This document shows, piece by piece, positions 24,941 through 36,055 of a stretch of DNA of 64,000 bases. This DNA is from the human T2T-CHM13v2.0 reference genome, Homo sapiens, in the NCBI GenBank assembly GCA_009914755.4, contig CP068257.2, forward strand, positions 17,536,001 to 17,600,000, in the 5' to 3' direction. The first letter of the stretch is position 1. Each line of letters begins with the position of its first letter. Both the position numbers and the translations under genes were made by a program. Under the pieces are notes generated by a model. It was given only the letters and a program-made list of their open reading frames with translations. It was not told the DNA's origin and ran no database searches.

Positions 24941-26266
24941 ATTGTTAATTATAATTTTTAAATAATGTTAATTTTTAACAAGCAGCTTGCAAAATTGTTC
25001 ACGATTAACAATCTTTCTAGAGGTGGGTATGAGTAAGCTCTAAAACATGCTACATACAGCTTACCAAAGAAAATCCCACCATCTTACTACATAACAAAGG
25101 ACACTGTGATTGACTGGTGATGTCTGCCAAGCCCAAAGTTTGTAGGTTACTTTTCACCACCTTTTCCTCGAGTCTGGGTTAGGCTGTGCCAGAGGAGTTG
25201 GGATTTAGGGGAACCAAAAGGATTTGGGTTTAGCAGGTACTTCTTATTGAGCATCTCTCATAACTAGCCCAGCAGTCTCCATTCTGGGAAATGACCATCT
25301 CCTCTATTTATGATCTGGAGTCCTTCATATCTTGCCTTCTACATATTTCATTCCTGCCATCATTTCTCTCTCTTACAATAATGATTTTCCTTCTCCATCA
25401 GATCACTCTCTGAAGACCACAAATGTGCTCTATACATTTCCATCTTAAAACAACCTGCTCCCCTGTAGTTCCTCTACCCCATCCAGCCCCATCCTCCCTT
25501 GATGTTTTGTTCCTCTTCATTTCTCTGGTCCATTGCCTTGTCTATTTCTATGCCACTCTTGGCAAATGGAAGATCGCAAACAAAATTTAACAATTCGATC
25601 TCTCTGCTGATGCAACTCTACTGGAGCTGTTAATAGTATTTTATATGTAGTGACAATATATGCATAAATCCCAACACATTATTTTGAAATATAAATGTTA
25701 ATACATAGAACTGATGATTCCTGTGGAATAATTATTTCTTAAAAATTAAGTCTTAAAAGGCAGAACAAGATGGCCAAATAGAAGCCTCCAGTGAGCATCC
25801 CCCTTGTAGGAACACCAAATTGAACAACTATCCACACAAAAAATCACTTTCATAGGAGCCAAAAATTAGGTGAATGACCATGGTACATGGTTTTAACATC
25901 ATATTAAATAATGGAACAGAGAAGAAGGTAGGAAAGATAGTCTTGAATTGCCTATACTATACCTTCCTTATCCCCCAGCAATGGAGATGTTCCAGGGATA
26001 GAGGATCTCAGAACTGCTGGCATGTGGAGCTTCTCCTCTTTCCCACAGCTGATTCTGCAATCTGGACCTGAGTGATTCCCCAAGAGCCCCAGCTCCCTGG
26101 GTGCCTCGCCTGCCTGGAGGCATGTGCTTGCATACTACACCACCAGGCCAATTGCTCTGTACTCACCTTGCCTGCTGGCCTGCCAGCCTGAGCAGGTGTG
26201 TGCATACACTATGTATTAAGATATCTCATCTGCTCACACAATTCTCCATTTTTCCATCATACTTCA

Positions 26267-27224
26267 TGTTATGAGCTGAATTGTCTTTGCTCCAAATTCA
26301 TATGTTAAAGTTCTAATCTTCAATAGGCCAGAATGTGACTGTCTTTGGAAATTGGGCCTTTGAAAGGGGCATTCAGTTAAAATGAGGTCATATGGGAGGT
26401 TCCTATTCCAATCTGACTGGTTTTCTTATAAAAAGAGGGAATTGGGACACATAAAGATGAATAGATAAGGAAAATGTGGTGTCTATACACAATGAAATAC
26501 TATTTAGCCATAAGAAAAAATAAAATTATGTTATTCGTGGCAACATGGATGATCTTGAAGGGCATTACGTTAAGTGAAACAAGCTAGGTATAGAAAAATA
26601 AATGCTGCATATTCTCATTCATATATGGAAGCTAAAAACGTTGCCTATAGAAGTAGAGAATACAATAATGCTCACTAGAGGTTGAAAAGAGTAAAGGGGA
26701 GAGACAGATAACCAAAGGTTAATGGATACAAAAGTACAGCGACATAGAAGGAACAAGTTCTAATGTTCCATAGAATGGCAGAGTGACTGTAGTTAACAAT
26801 TTATTCTATATTTTCAAATAGCTGGAAGAAGAAACTCTGAATATTTCCAACACAAAGAAATGGTAAATGTTTGAGGTGATGGATATGCTAATTACTCTAA
26901 TTTAATCTTACACACTGTATGCAATGCATCAAAATATCACACTGTACCCCATAAATATGTATAATAATTATGTGTTAATTAAAAATGTTGATAATGACCA
27001 AAAAAAGAAAGGATACCAGACATGTGTGTGCACAGAGGAGAGACCATTTGAGGACATAGCAAGGAAGAAATCGATTAGCCAAGAAGAGAGGCCTCAGGAG
27101 AAACCAAACCTACTGCCAGCTTAGACTTAGACTTACAGCCTCTAAAATTGAAAAAAAAAAAGTATGTAGTTTTTGCCACCCAATCTGGATTGTTTGGTTA
27201 TGGCAGCACTAGCAAACTGCACTG
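26267..27224 (+). mobile_element. MaLR/ERVL-class solo LTR (family A), interrupted by nested L1 insertion
   Basis: 5' part is 'tgttatgagctgaattgtctttgctccaaattcatatgttaaagttctaatcttcaataggccagaatgtgactgtctttggaaattgggcctttgaaaggggcattcagttaaaatgaggtcatatgggaggttcctattccaatctgactggttttcttataaaaagaggg'. 3' part is 'gacatgtgtgtgcacagaggagagaccatttgaggacatagcaaggaagaaatcgattagccaagaagagaggcctcaggagaaaccaaacctactgccagcttagacttagacttacagcctctaaaattgaaaaaaaaaaagtatgtagtttttgccacccaatctggattgtttggttatggcagcactagcaaactg'. This is the same family as 1342-1690, here in sense orientation. Confidence 0.65.
26459..27008 (+). mobile_element. L1 (L1PB/L1MA-type) 3'-UTR fragment nested inside LTR
   Basis: Reads 'ggaaaatgtggtgtctatacacaatgaaatactatttagccataagaaaaaataaaattatgttattcgtggcaacatggatgatcttgaagggcattacgttaagtgaaacaagctaggtatagaaaaataaatgctgcatattctcattcatatatggaagctaaaaa...ttaatggatacaaaagtacagcgacatagaaggaacaagttctaatgttccatagaatggcagagtgactgtagttaacaatttattctatattttcaaatagctggaagaagaaactctgaatatttccaacacaaagaaatggtaaatgtttgaggtgatggatatgctaattactctaatttaatcttacacactgtatgcaatgcatcaaaatatcacactgtaccccataaatatgtataataattatgtgttaattaaaaat'. 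This is a classic old-primate L1 3' end. The duplicated LTR segment flanks it on both sides. Confidence 0.8.
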
Positions 27225-27670
27225 AACTTTGTAATGCACTTTATTTAAAAACTACATGTTCAAAGATAAAGTTAAGAATTTCAAGAGAGTGGCAGCACAG
27301 CAATAAACCAAGAGATCATTAAACCAAACCTTTTGTGAGCAGGGCCCTGTAAGATTGCACAGGTTGCATGCTCACGAAGCTAACTCTGACTCCACCAAAG
27401 CTATTCTTAGCAGACAGAAATACAGGTTTTCCATCTCTAACCTCAATGAACATTTTTATTTCTTATCTTAAATGGTATTCTAAAGGTCCAGTCCTGGGCC
27501 GTACCTTTGATTTTGTATCTTCCTGCATCTTCTAAACTTGTCCTGTTGCAGCAATTTCCGTTTATCTGCTAATTAGATGAAAAGTATCTTTCTGCATATC
27601 CATGTGCACAATGGACATTTCAATGACATCTCAACATGCTTTAACCTAAAATCTTTAAAAAAGTGAATGT

Positions 27671-27978
27671 TAGCAGGGCATGGTCACTCATGCCCATAAT
27701 CCTATAGCTTTGGGAGGCCAAGGTTCGAGGATTGCTTGAGGCCAGTAGTTTGAAATCAGCCTGGGAAACATAGCATGACCACATCTCTATGACATAATTT
27801 TAAAACAAATTAGCCAGGCAGGGTTGCACACACTGTATTCCCAGCTACACAGGAGGCTGAGGTGGCAGGATCACTCGAGCCCTGGAATTTAAGGATGTCA
27901 AGGTAGCAGTGAATTATGCATATGCCACTGTACTCCAGCCTGGGTCACAGAGCAAGACTCTGTCTCAAAAAAAAAAAA
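27671..27978 (+). mobile_element. Full-length Alu, diverged (AluJ-like)
   Basis: Reads 'tagcagggcatggtcactcatgcccataatcctatagctttgggaggccaaggttcgaggattgcttgaggccagtagtttgaaatcagcctgggaaacatagcatgaccacatctctatgacataattttaaaacaaattagccaggcagggttgcacacactgtattcccagctacacaggaggctgaggtggcaggatcactcgagccctggaatttaaggatgtcaaggtagcagtgaattatgcatatgccactgtactccagcctgggtcacagagcaagactctgtctc(a)n'. Confidence 0.9.
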
Positions 27979-28111
27979 GTTATTATTCAAAATATAGTAT
28001 TTTGCTTCTGTTTGCATGAAAATGACTGATTTCTAAATTTTATTCTTAACTACATATTATAGAAGTAGACTGATTTACATACTTTACATGCATTATTCCA
28101 CTTAGTTTTCA

Positions 28112-28503
<392 letters not shown>

Positions 28504-29394
28504 GCCCAACTGTCCAAGCCAGAAAACTAAGCCAGCATCCTGGCCTCATTCTTCCACATTCAACCAGGCACCAAGTTCTATTTTCTACCTATTACATCCA
28601 TCTTCAATCCAACCTTTTATCACTTCCACTTCTACTACTTACTGCTCTTCATCTTTTCTCATTTCAATTATTGCAAAAACCTAACTTGTCATCTTCAGTT
28701 TGAAAACTATTCCTAGGTTTACATTTATAAAATGCATATCAGATCTAAGTGAAACAAAAAGTTTCAGCATAGCATCCAAGGAATTTTATAATGCCTTCTG
28801 CTGACTTATCTAGCCTGATCTTTCACATCAGATTCTCAGGCTTCAACCTGACTTCATGCACCTGTCATGAACTTGGGCCGCTTTACCTCTGCATATGTTG
28901 TATCTTCCCTCATTTGGACCCCTGACTTCTACATCTTGCAGGTGACTGGTTAGTTTATATGTCACCTCCTCCAGGCAATATTTCTTAATTATTCTCCCTC
29001 CCAAGCCAGAATTTCTGTCTGTTCTTTATTATCTATAACATGTAGAGAGTAGCAAGATGTTAACAGAAATTGTCTTTTAATCGTTTGCTTGTCTCTGACA
29101 CCTTTAGGGAAATAACTTCTGTTTATTTATATGCATGACTCTAGATAGAATATATCTAAATGTTGAAGTCATCAGATTTGAAAACAGAATGTGTGTGTTC
29201 AAATCTTAACTATGACACTTAATACCTGTGTATTAAAACAGGTCACATAATTTTAATGTCTTTTTACCTGAGTAACATGGGGAGAGACACTTCACAGGAA
29301 TATTGTGAATAGTAAATTACTTAGTACCTACAAAACACTTTAGAATAGTATCTTGAACAATCTACGCTCCCTGTGATTTTTGATAAAGGAAAAA

Positions 29395-29760
29395 CTTCCG
29401 CCGAATTAAATTTAAAGGAGTTTGAGCAATGTACGATTCGCGAATCGGTCAGCCCACAGAATCACAGCAGATTCACGGAGACTCCAGCACAGCCACGTGG
29501 TGGAAGAAGATTTATAGACAAAATAAGGGAAATGAGGTACAGAAATTGGCATTGAGGTACAGAAACAGCTGGAGTGGCTATAGGTTGGCCTTTACCTTAT
29601 TTGAACACAGACTGAACACTGAGGAGTCTATGAGTGGTTGAAATATGGCTGCTGGGATTGGCCAAAACTGTTATTGTTACAGATCCATACTCCTAAGTTA
29701 GGTTTTCAATTTTATCTGACTATTAAGCTAGGTTACAGTTCATCCACAAGGACTCAAATA
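29395..29760 (+). repeat. Unclassified interspersed repeat (family A, copy 2)
   Basis: See 15545-15900. It contains a CpG-rich perfect palindrome 'cgattcgcgaatcg' that copy 1 lacks. ORFs 29373..29555 and 29429..29641 lie within it. Confidence 0.5.
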
Positions 29761-29816
29761 TCAAAGTATGGAGTCCTTCTTGGGCCATATTTAGATTGCT
29801 TTAACAAATTTTATAC

Positions 29817-32140
29817 AGACATACCTTGGATATATTACTGGTTCGGATCACTCTTAATAAAGTGAATATTGTAAAAAGTGAATCACAATTTTTTTGGTTT
29901 TCCAGTGCATATAAAAGTTATGTTTACACTATACAGCAGTCTATTAAGTATGTAATAGCATTATGTTTAAAGGAACGATACACATGCCTTAATTTAGAAA
30001 GACCTTATTGCTGAAACTTACTAAAATCTGAGGCTTGATTGAGTCATAATCTTCTAGCTGGTGGAAGATCTGTGTCAATGCAGATGGCTGCTGACTGACC
30101 ATGCGGTGGTTGCTGAAGATGGGAATGACTGTGGCAATTTATTAAAATAGGACAGCAATAAAGTTAGCTTCATTGATTCACTCTTCATTTTACAAAAGGT
30201 TTCTCTGTAGCATGCAGTGCTGTTTGATAGCATTTTACTCACAGTAGACCTTTTTCCAAATTGAAATCGGTCATCTAAATCGCTGTTGCTGTTTTATCAA
30301 CTAAATATGTATAATACTTGAAATCTTTTGTTGTCATTTCAAAAATGTTCATAGTGTATTCACCAGGAGTGGATTCCATCTCAAGAAACCACTTTCTTTC
30401 CTCATTCATAAGAAGTAACTCTTCATCTGTTCAAGTTTTGTCATGAGATTCCAGCAATTTAGTCACTTCTTGAGGCTTCACTTTGAATCCTATTTTTCTT
30501 GCTATTTCCACCACATCTGTGGTTTTTTTCTCCCCTGAAGTCTTGAACTCCTCAAATTCAACCATGAAGTTTGGAATCAGCTTCTTCCAAATTCCCATTA
30601 ATATTGATATTTTGACCTCTTCCCATGAACTGTGAATGTCTTTAATAGCATCTAGAAAGATAAATTATTTTCCAGAAGGTTTTCAATTTGCCCAGGTGTA
30701 CTGGAAGAATCACTATCTACGGCAGCTATAGCATTACAAAATATATTTTTTAAAAAATATGATTTGAAAATTGAGATGACTTCTTCATTCATGGGCTACA
30801 GAATGGAGGTTGTATTACCAGGCATAAAAACATTAATCTCCTTGTGCATCTCCATCAGAGCTCCTGAGTCCCCAGATTCATTGCCAATGAGCAGTAATAT
30901 TTTGAAAACAATCTTTTTTCCAAAGCAGCATTTCTCAACAGTGAGCTTAAAATATTCAGTTAAACATGCTGTAAGCAGACATGCTGTCATTCAGGATTTG
31001 TTGTTCAATTCTTAGAATACAGCAGAGTAGATTTAGCATAATTTTTAATGGCCCAAGGATGTTTAGAGTGGTAAATGAGTGTTGGCTTCACCTAAAACTC
31101 ATCAGCTGCATTAGCCCCTAACAAGAGAATCAGTTTGTCCTTTCAAGCTTTGAAGCCAGGCATTGACTTCTCCTCTATAGCTGTGAAAGTCTAAGTCAGT
31201 ATTTTCTTCCAGTAGGAAGGTGTTTTGTCTACATTGAAAGTCTGTGGTTTAGTGTAGCCACCTTTATCAATGATCTTAACTAGATCTTCTGGATAACTTG
31301 CTGCAGCTTCTACATCAGCACTTCCTACATTACCTTATACTTTTATGTTATGGAGATGGCTTCTTTTCTTAAACCACCTGAATCAAACTCTACTAGCTTC
31401 AACCTTTTTTTTTCTGCATCTTCCTTATCTCTCTCAGCCCTTACAGAATTGAAGAGAGTTAGGGTCTCAAGTAAATGTTGTGGCTGGTTTGATCTTTTAT
31501 CCATTCAAACTTGCTCTATATCAGCAATAAGACTGTTTTAGTTTCTTATCGCTTGTGTGATCACTGGAGTAGCAATTTAATTTCTTTCAAGAACTTTTCC
31601 ATAACATTCACAACTTGGCTGTCTGGTGTAAGAGGATCTTGAATTTGACATGATTTTCTCAATATGCTCAGTCATTTTAAAACATTGATACAAACTTCCT
31701 TTTACTTGAATGTATAGAGATTATTGCTGGATTCTTAATTGGCCTAATTTCAATATTTTTGTGTCATAGTGAATAGCAAGGCCCAAGTAAAGAGAGAAAG
31801 ACAGGAGAACAGCAAGTCAGTGGAGCAATTAGAATACACACAGTATTTATCAATCAAGTTGGCCATCTTATATCGGAACAGTTCATGGTATCCCCAAACA
31901 ATTATAATAGTAACATCAAAGACGACTGATCATAGATTACTATAAAAAACAAAATAATTATGAAGAAGTTTGAAATATTGTGAGAACTATGAAAATGTGA
32001 CACGGAGACATAAAGTGAACACATGCTGTTAGAGAAATGATGCCAGTAAACTTGGGTCAACACACGGCTGGCATAAACCTTCAATTTGTAAAATACGCAA
32101 TATCTGTGAAGGACAATAAAGCAAACTACAGTAAAACAAG
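29817..32140 (-). mobile_element. Tigger1 (pogo-type Tc1/mariner DNA transposon), ~2.3 kb, nearly full length, antisense
   Basis: Left end is 'ta|cagacataccttggatatattactggttcggatcactcttaataaagtgaatattg', antisense to the Tigger1 3' terminus '...cgaggtatgcctg'. Right end is '...aaaccttcaatttgtaaaatacgcaatatctgtgaaggacaataaagcaaactacagtaaaacaagg', the reverse complement of the Tigger1 5' end 'caggcatacctcgttttattgcgcttcgctttattgcgcttcacagatactgcgttttttacaaattgaaggttt'. The last about 7 bp are replaced by (GT)n. The internal sequence matches Tigger1 throughout. Confidence 0.85.
30000..31750 (-). pseudogene. Tigger1 pogo/CENP-B-like transposase remnant (disrupted ORF)
   Basis: Minus-strand ORF 30796..30990 translates to '...[35 protein letters not shown]'. 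This matches the Tigger1 transposase block '[44 protein letters not shown]'. Stops and frameshifts occur elsewhere in the element. Confidence 0.8.
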
Positions 32141-32170
32141 GTGTGTGTGTTTGTGTGTGTGTGTGTATAC
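32141..32170. repeat. (GT)n microsatellite replacing Tigger1 terminus
   Basis: Reads 'gtgtgtgtgtttgtgtgtgtgtgtgtgtat' exactly where the terminal 'tatgcctg' of Tigger1 would be. Confidence 0.9.
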
Positions 32171-33174
32171 ATAATATAGATAGTGTACAATAGAAACTAG
32201 ATACTTTATAAGCTCTTGTTAATTAAATGAATATTCCAACACTCTCAAAGAAAATGACTAGTTTTTATCATAATATTACCTTTAAGTATAAGAACATAAA
32301 GTAAGTTGGCATAGTCATACTGCTGGCAAAATACTATATAGCTAAACAGAGATTGCAGGATAATTAAGATTATTCACTTAACTTCGGGGAGTAGAAAGCA
32401 AAATGTGTAAATATCCATGCTCAATTACAGGAAAATACAATTAGCAAGCAAAAGATAGTGTCTACTCCCTAGGGAGATGTCTGTAGAATAAAATATTTTG
32501 TAGTAAATTCTTGATTAGCATATATGTTTCTCTCCTAGATTAATTGTTTTCTTATTATGTTTTTACAAAATGGGAAGTCACATATTACAAGTCTATAAAC
32601 AAATATATATTGAGAGAGAGAAAGATTTATTATGGGAATTACTTCATAAAATTATGGAGGCTGAGAAGTCTCATCATCTGACCTCTCTTCGAGTCCAAAG
32701 GACTGAGAACTAGAAGAACTACTGCTGTAAGTTCCAAAGTCCCAAGGCCCCTGAACTAAGATCTCCAATGTATGAGAGCAGGAAAAGATGGATATCCCAA
32801 TTTAAGGAGAGAGAAAGAGAAAATTTGCCCTTCTTGTTCTATTTAGATCCTCAAGGAATTGGAATGCCCAACCACATTGGTGAGTGTGGGTCTTCTTTAC
32901 TTATTCTACTGATTCAAATGTTAACAGATTCTGGAAACGTTCTCACAGATACACACAGAAATAATGTTTTGCCAGCTCTCTGGGCAGCTCTTAGCCCAGT
33001 CAAGTTTACATATAAGAATAATCAACCCAGCTTTTTATAATCATCTTAGTATTTAATCAAGGAAATGATATCAGCTATCTACTACCACAAAAATAATTTT
33101 AAAAATTGGCTTATAAAAGATGACTTAGTGGCCCTCAGCTGGGACAGCTTGTCACTATCCAACCAGCCTTTAAA

Positions 33175-33372
33175 TCCTTCCAAGAAGCAATCCTGGCTTG
33201 TTCTCCTGAAAACTGGGTAGTTTTTCAAGAGATTGAGCAGAAGCATACAAGGCCTCCTGACACCTAGGTGTGAGATGGGCACACAACCACTCCTGTCAAA
33301 TTCTATTGGCCAAAGCAAGTGACAAAGCCAATGCAGATTTAAGAGGTGGTGGAAAAAAACCCTAAAAATAGA
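33175..33372. repeat. Inverted duplication arm 1 (~198 bp), partner at 35859-36055
   Basis: Arm 1 is 'caagaagcaatcctggcttgttctcctgaaaactgggtagtttttcaagagattgagcagaagcatacaaggcctcctgacacctaggtgtgagatgggcacacaaccactcctgtcaaattctattggccaaagcaagtgacaaagccaatgcagatttaagaggtggtggaaaaaaaccctaaaaa'. The reverse complement of arm 2 differs at only about 3 positions, so identity is about 98.5%. The near-identical 'FRVFFHHLLNLHW...' ORFs 33082..33396(-) and 35814..36074(+) are the same sequence read on opposite strands. Confidence 0.9.
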
Positions 33373-34745
33373 AGTTGTTGAAAAGTCATATTTCAAAAGT
33401 CATTGGTATAAAGTAGTGAAAAATTTGACATTTTTGCAATCAAGCTTATCAAACAATATTATCCCAAAATATAACAATACACTCAGTTTGCACACTTGTT
33501 TACCTTTTGCAAAACAGGTAAGACAGTAGGACAAAGCAGGTGCTTTATGTTGTTTCAATCATTCAGGATTTGGACAGTTTGGATATTTTCTGTATCACTA
33601 TAATTGATAAATACTCAGATGATTCTATAGTTAAGTTAGAATGGAAATTTTGGGTATAGTAACAAATACTACTTTAATTTAAACTTACATGTAAACAGTT
33701 TCCCTAAAGCAGTTAGAAGTGTGACCATAAAAGTGAAATGGTTTAAATACATGCATTTACATCTGTCCTAGAGTGATTAATGTAACTTTATTATAAAACT
33801 ACTAATTTTGTGATTACATACACCCTTCCAAAGATACATTATACATTCCTATGTACACTCAAATATTATTTTTAAACTTCCATTCCAATCATTAAGTAGA
33901 AATGCATTTAAGAATCATGATTTTTTTAGAGTAAGTCTATAGGTGGTACTTTTATATTATAGATAACATTTCCTATACCCTTTCCACATAAACACAAGAA
34001 CATTATGCTATAGATTGAAAATTCCTGTAAACACTAAGCAGAGCTTTTGTACATAAACTTGTAAAAACTCTACATAAATGTATTCAGAAATACATGCTAT
34101 TAAAATATTTTATTGTATATTACTGTTTGGAAGTTTTCAGCTTAAATATTTTTATTTGATGATCAATAAGATCTAGTATTAAATGGTCTTATTTATTAAC
34201 CATTAAGTTAAATACATGGAGAAATCCACTATGTCTTTTCCTCCAGCCTGTAAGTAACACAGGGTTGCATTTCTAATATTAACTAAGTTACATGTATTTT
34301 CCATTGAGAAGAGTGCTATCGAACTCATCCATGTTAAATCACTCTTATGTGGAAAAGGCTAACATATAAATAAAAAAACTAGAAAATTTAAAAAAGGATA
34401 AAGAAAGAAGAAAAATGAACAGAATTTAACAGCAGTGCAACAGTAGTCTCTTCCTACCTTTCCTGGGCATCTTCCAATTTTATGGTGGTCTGATAAGCTT
34501 TCCAAAACACTTTGCTCATTTCCAGCACTGGACATTTACACTCAAGACTGCAGACTCGAGGAGTCACACACTCAGCATCTTTTAGCTGTATGTTGTCAAG
34601 TTCAGACTACTCAAAGTGGCATGTCTTTAAATTAGAATGTGTCAAGTGGGTCTAGTAACTGCACCGAAATATTTTAATAGTCATATTAATCATTAATAAG
34701 TCAGGAAACATGTTTTTCTAATTTTCAGATCCCAATACACATGAC

Positions 34746-35162
34746 TGATATGGTTTGCATCTGTGTCCCTCCCTAAACCAAATGTCCAGTTGTAATCCCC
34801 AGTGTTGGAAGCGGGGCCTGAGGAGAGGTGATTAGATTATGGGGGTGGGTTTCTTGTGAATGGTTTACTATCATCCTCTTGATGCTGTTCTCATGACAGT
34901 GAGTTCTCAAGAGATCTGGTTGTTTAAAAGTGTGTAGCAGCTCCCCTATCTTTCTCTTGCTCCTGCTCTAGCCATGTGAGATGCCTTGCTCTGTCTTTGC
35001 TTTCCACTATGATTGGTAGCTTCCTTTGGCCTCCCCCAGAAGCAGAAGACATTATGCTTCCTGTACAGCCTGCAGAAGCATGAGCCAACTAAACTTCTTT
35101 TTTTAATATCAATTACCCTGCCTCAGGTGTTTCTTGATAGCAGTGCAAGAACGGACTAATAC
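34746..35162 (+). mobile_element. MaLR solo LTR, MST-like (THE1/MST group)
   Basis: Reads 'tgatatggtttgcatctgtgtccctccctaaaccaaatgtccagttgtaatccccagtgttggaagcggggcctgaggagaggtgattagattatgggggtgggtttc...ctgttctcatgacagtgagttctcaagagatctggttgtttaaaagtgtgtagcagctcccc...gccatgtgagatgccttgc...ccactatgattggtagcttcc...gagccaactaaacttcttttttt...taccctgcctcaggtgtttcttgatagcagtgcaagaacggactaataca'. It lies in the spacer between the two inverted-duplication arms. Confidence 0.75.
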
Positions 35163-35773
35163 ATCTGTCTTATGATAGACACAAAGTAGGTGCCCGGTAA
35201 GCATTTGTTAAATAAATGAATAGGTACATGAGAAGTGGACCCCCTGTAAATTCAAATGAATGTGGTTTTCTATATGAAACTCCACTCACCTTGACAAACA
35301 CATATAAAAAAGAATGTTGAAAAGAATAGTGCTATATCCTCTCTGAGATTTTCTTTTTACACATCTGCTACTCAGATAGAAATAATTTTCTCATTATAAG
35401 AAAGTGCTCTCGATGTACTCATTTCATATCATCCCACTAGTCATATTTTCCTGCCCTTAATTGTTTACGAGTCTGTCTTTAACTTTGTGGTCATAGTTCC
35501 TTGATGACCGGGATCTTTTTGATTTCTGAAGTGTCTACTACACTGCTGGGTAAGGAGTAGATATTTAATAAAACTGTATGGATGGGAAATTGAAACACTC
35601 AAATTGCTGTTGCCTAAGCTTTTTTTCATGTATTCAACCCTAGGAGAAATCACTGTTTACAAAATTCTTTGATCCCTAGTTGTTGAATTAGTAGGTGCCA
35701 AAAGTCCTATTTTATAATCCTCTTGAGCTATTTTGGTAAAAAAACATATCAAGTATGTGTGTCATACATCTTA

Positions 35774-35858
35774 ACCCAGTCATCAGTTACACAGAGGCCT
35801 GATCTTTGTCTCTGTGACAAAGATAACCCAGTCATCAGTTACACAGAGGCCTGATCTT
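35774..35858. repeat. 34-bp tandem duplication separated by a palindromic 19-mer
   Basis: 'acccagtcatcagttacacagaggcctgatcttt' occurs at 35774-35807 and again at 35825-35858. The spacer 'gtctctgtgacaaagata' together with the preceding 'cttt' forms the hairpin 'ctttgtc-tctgt-gacaaag'. The second copy ends exactly at the inner boundary of inverted arm 2. Confidence 0.85.
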
Positions 35859-36055
35859 TTTAGGGTTTTTTTCCACCACCTCTTAAATCTGCATTGGTTT
35901 TGTCACTTGCTTTGGCCAATAGAATTTGACAGGAGTGGTTGTGTGCCCATCTCACACCTAGGTGTCAGGAGGCCTTGTACACTTCTGCTCAATCTCTTGA
36001 AAAACTACCCAGTTTTCAGGAGAACAAGCCAGGATTGCTTCTTGGAAGCAATCCT
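35859..36055. repeat. Inverted duplication arm 2
   Basis: Reads 'tttttagggtttttttccaccacctcttaaatctgcattggttttgtcacttgctttggccaatagaatttgacaggagtggttgtgtgcccatctcacacctaggtgtcaggaggccttgtacacttctgctcaatctcttgaaaaactacccagttttcaggagaacaagccaggattgcttcttggaagcaatcc'. Confidence 0.9.

Noticed and set aside
29435-29448. Perfect 14-bp CpG-rich palindrome 'cgattcgcgaatcg' (contains an NruI-like tcgcga core) inside unclassified repeat family A copy 2
   Set aside because: About four perfect 14-bp palindromes are expected by chance in 64 kb. It is absent from the other copy of the same repeat, so it is probably a copy-specific accident; it is mentioned only because CpGs are otherwise rare here.
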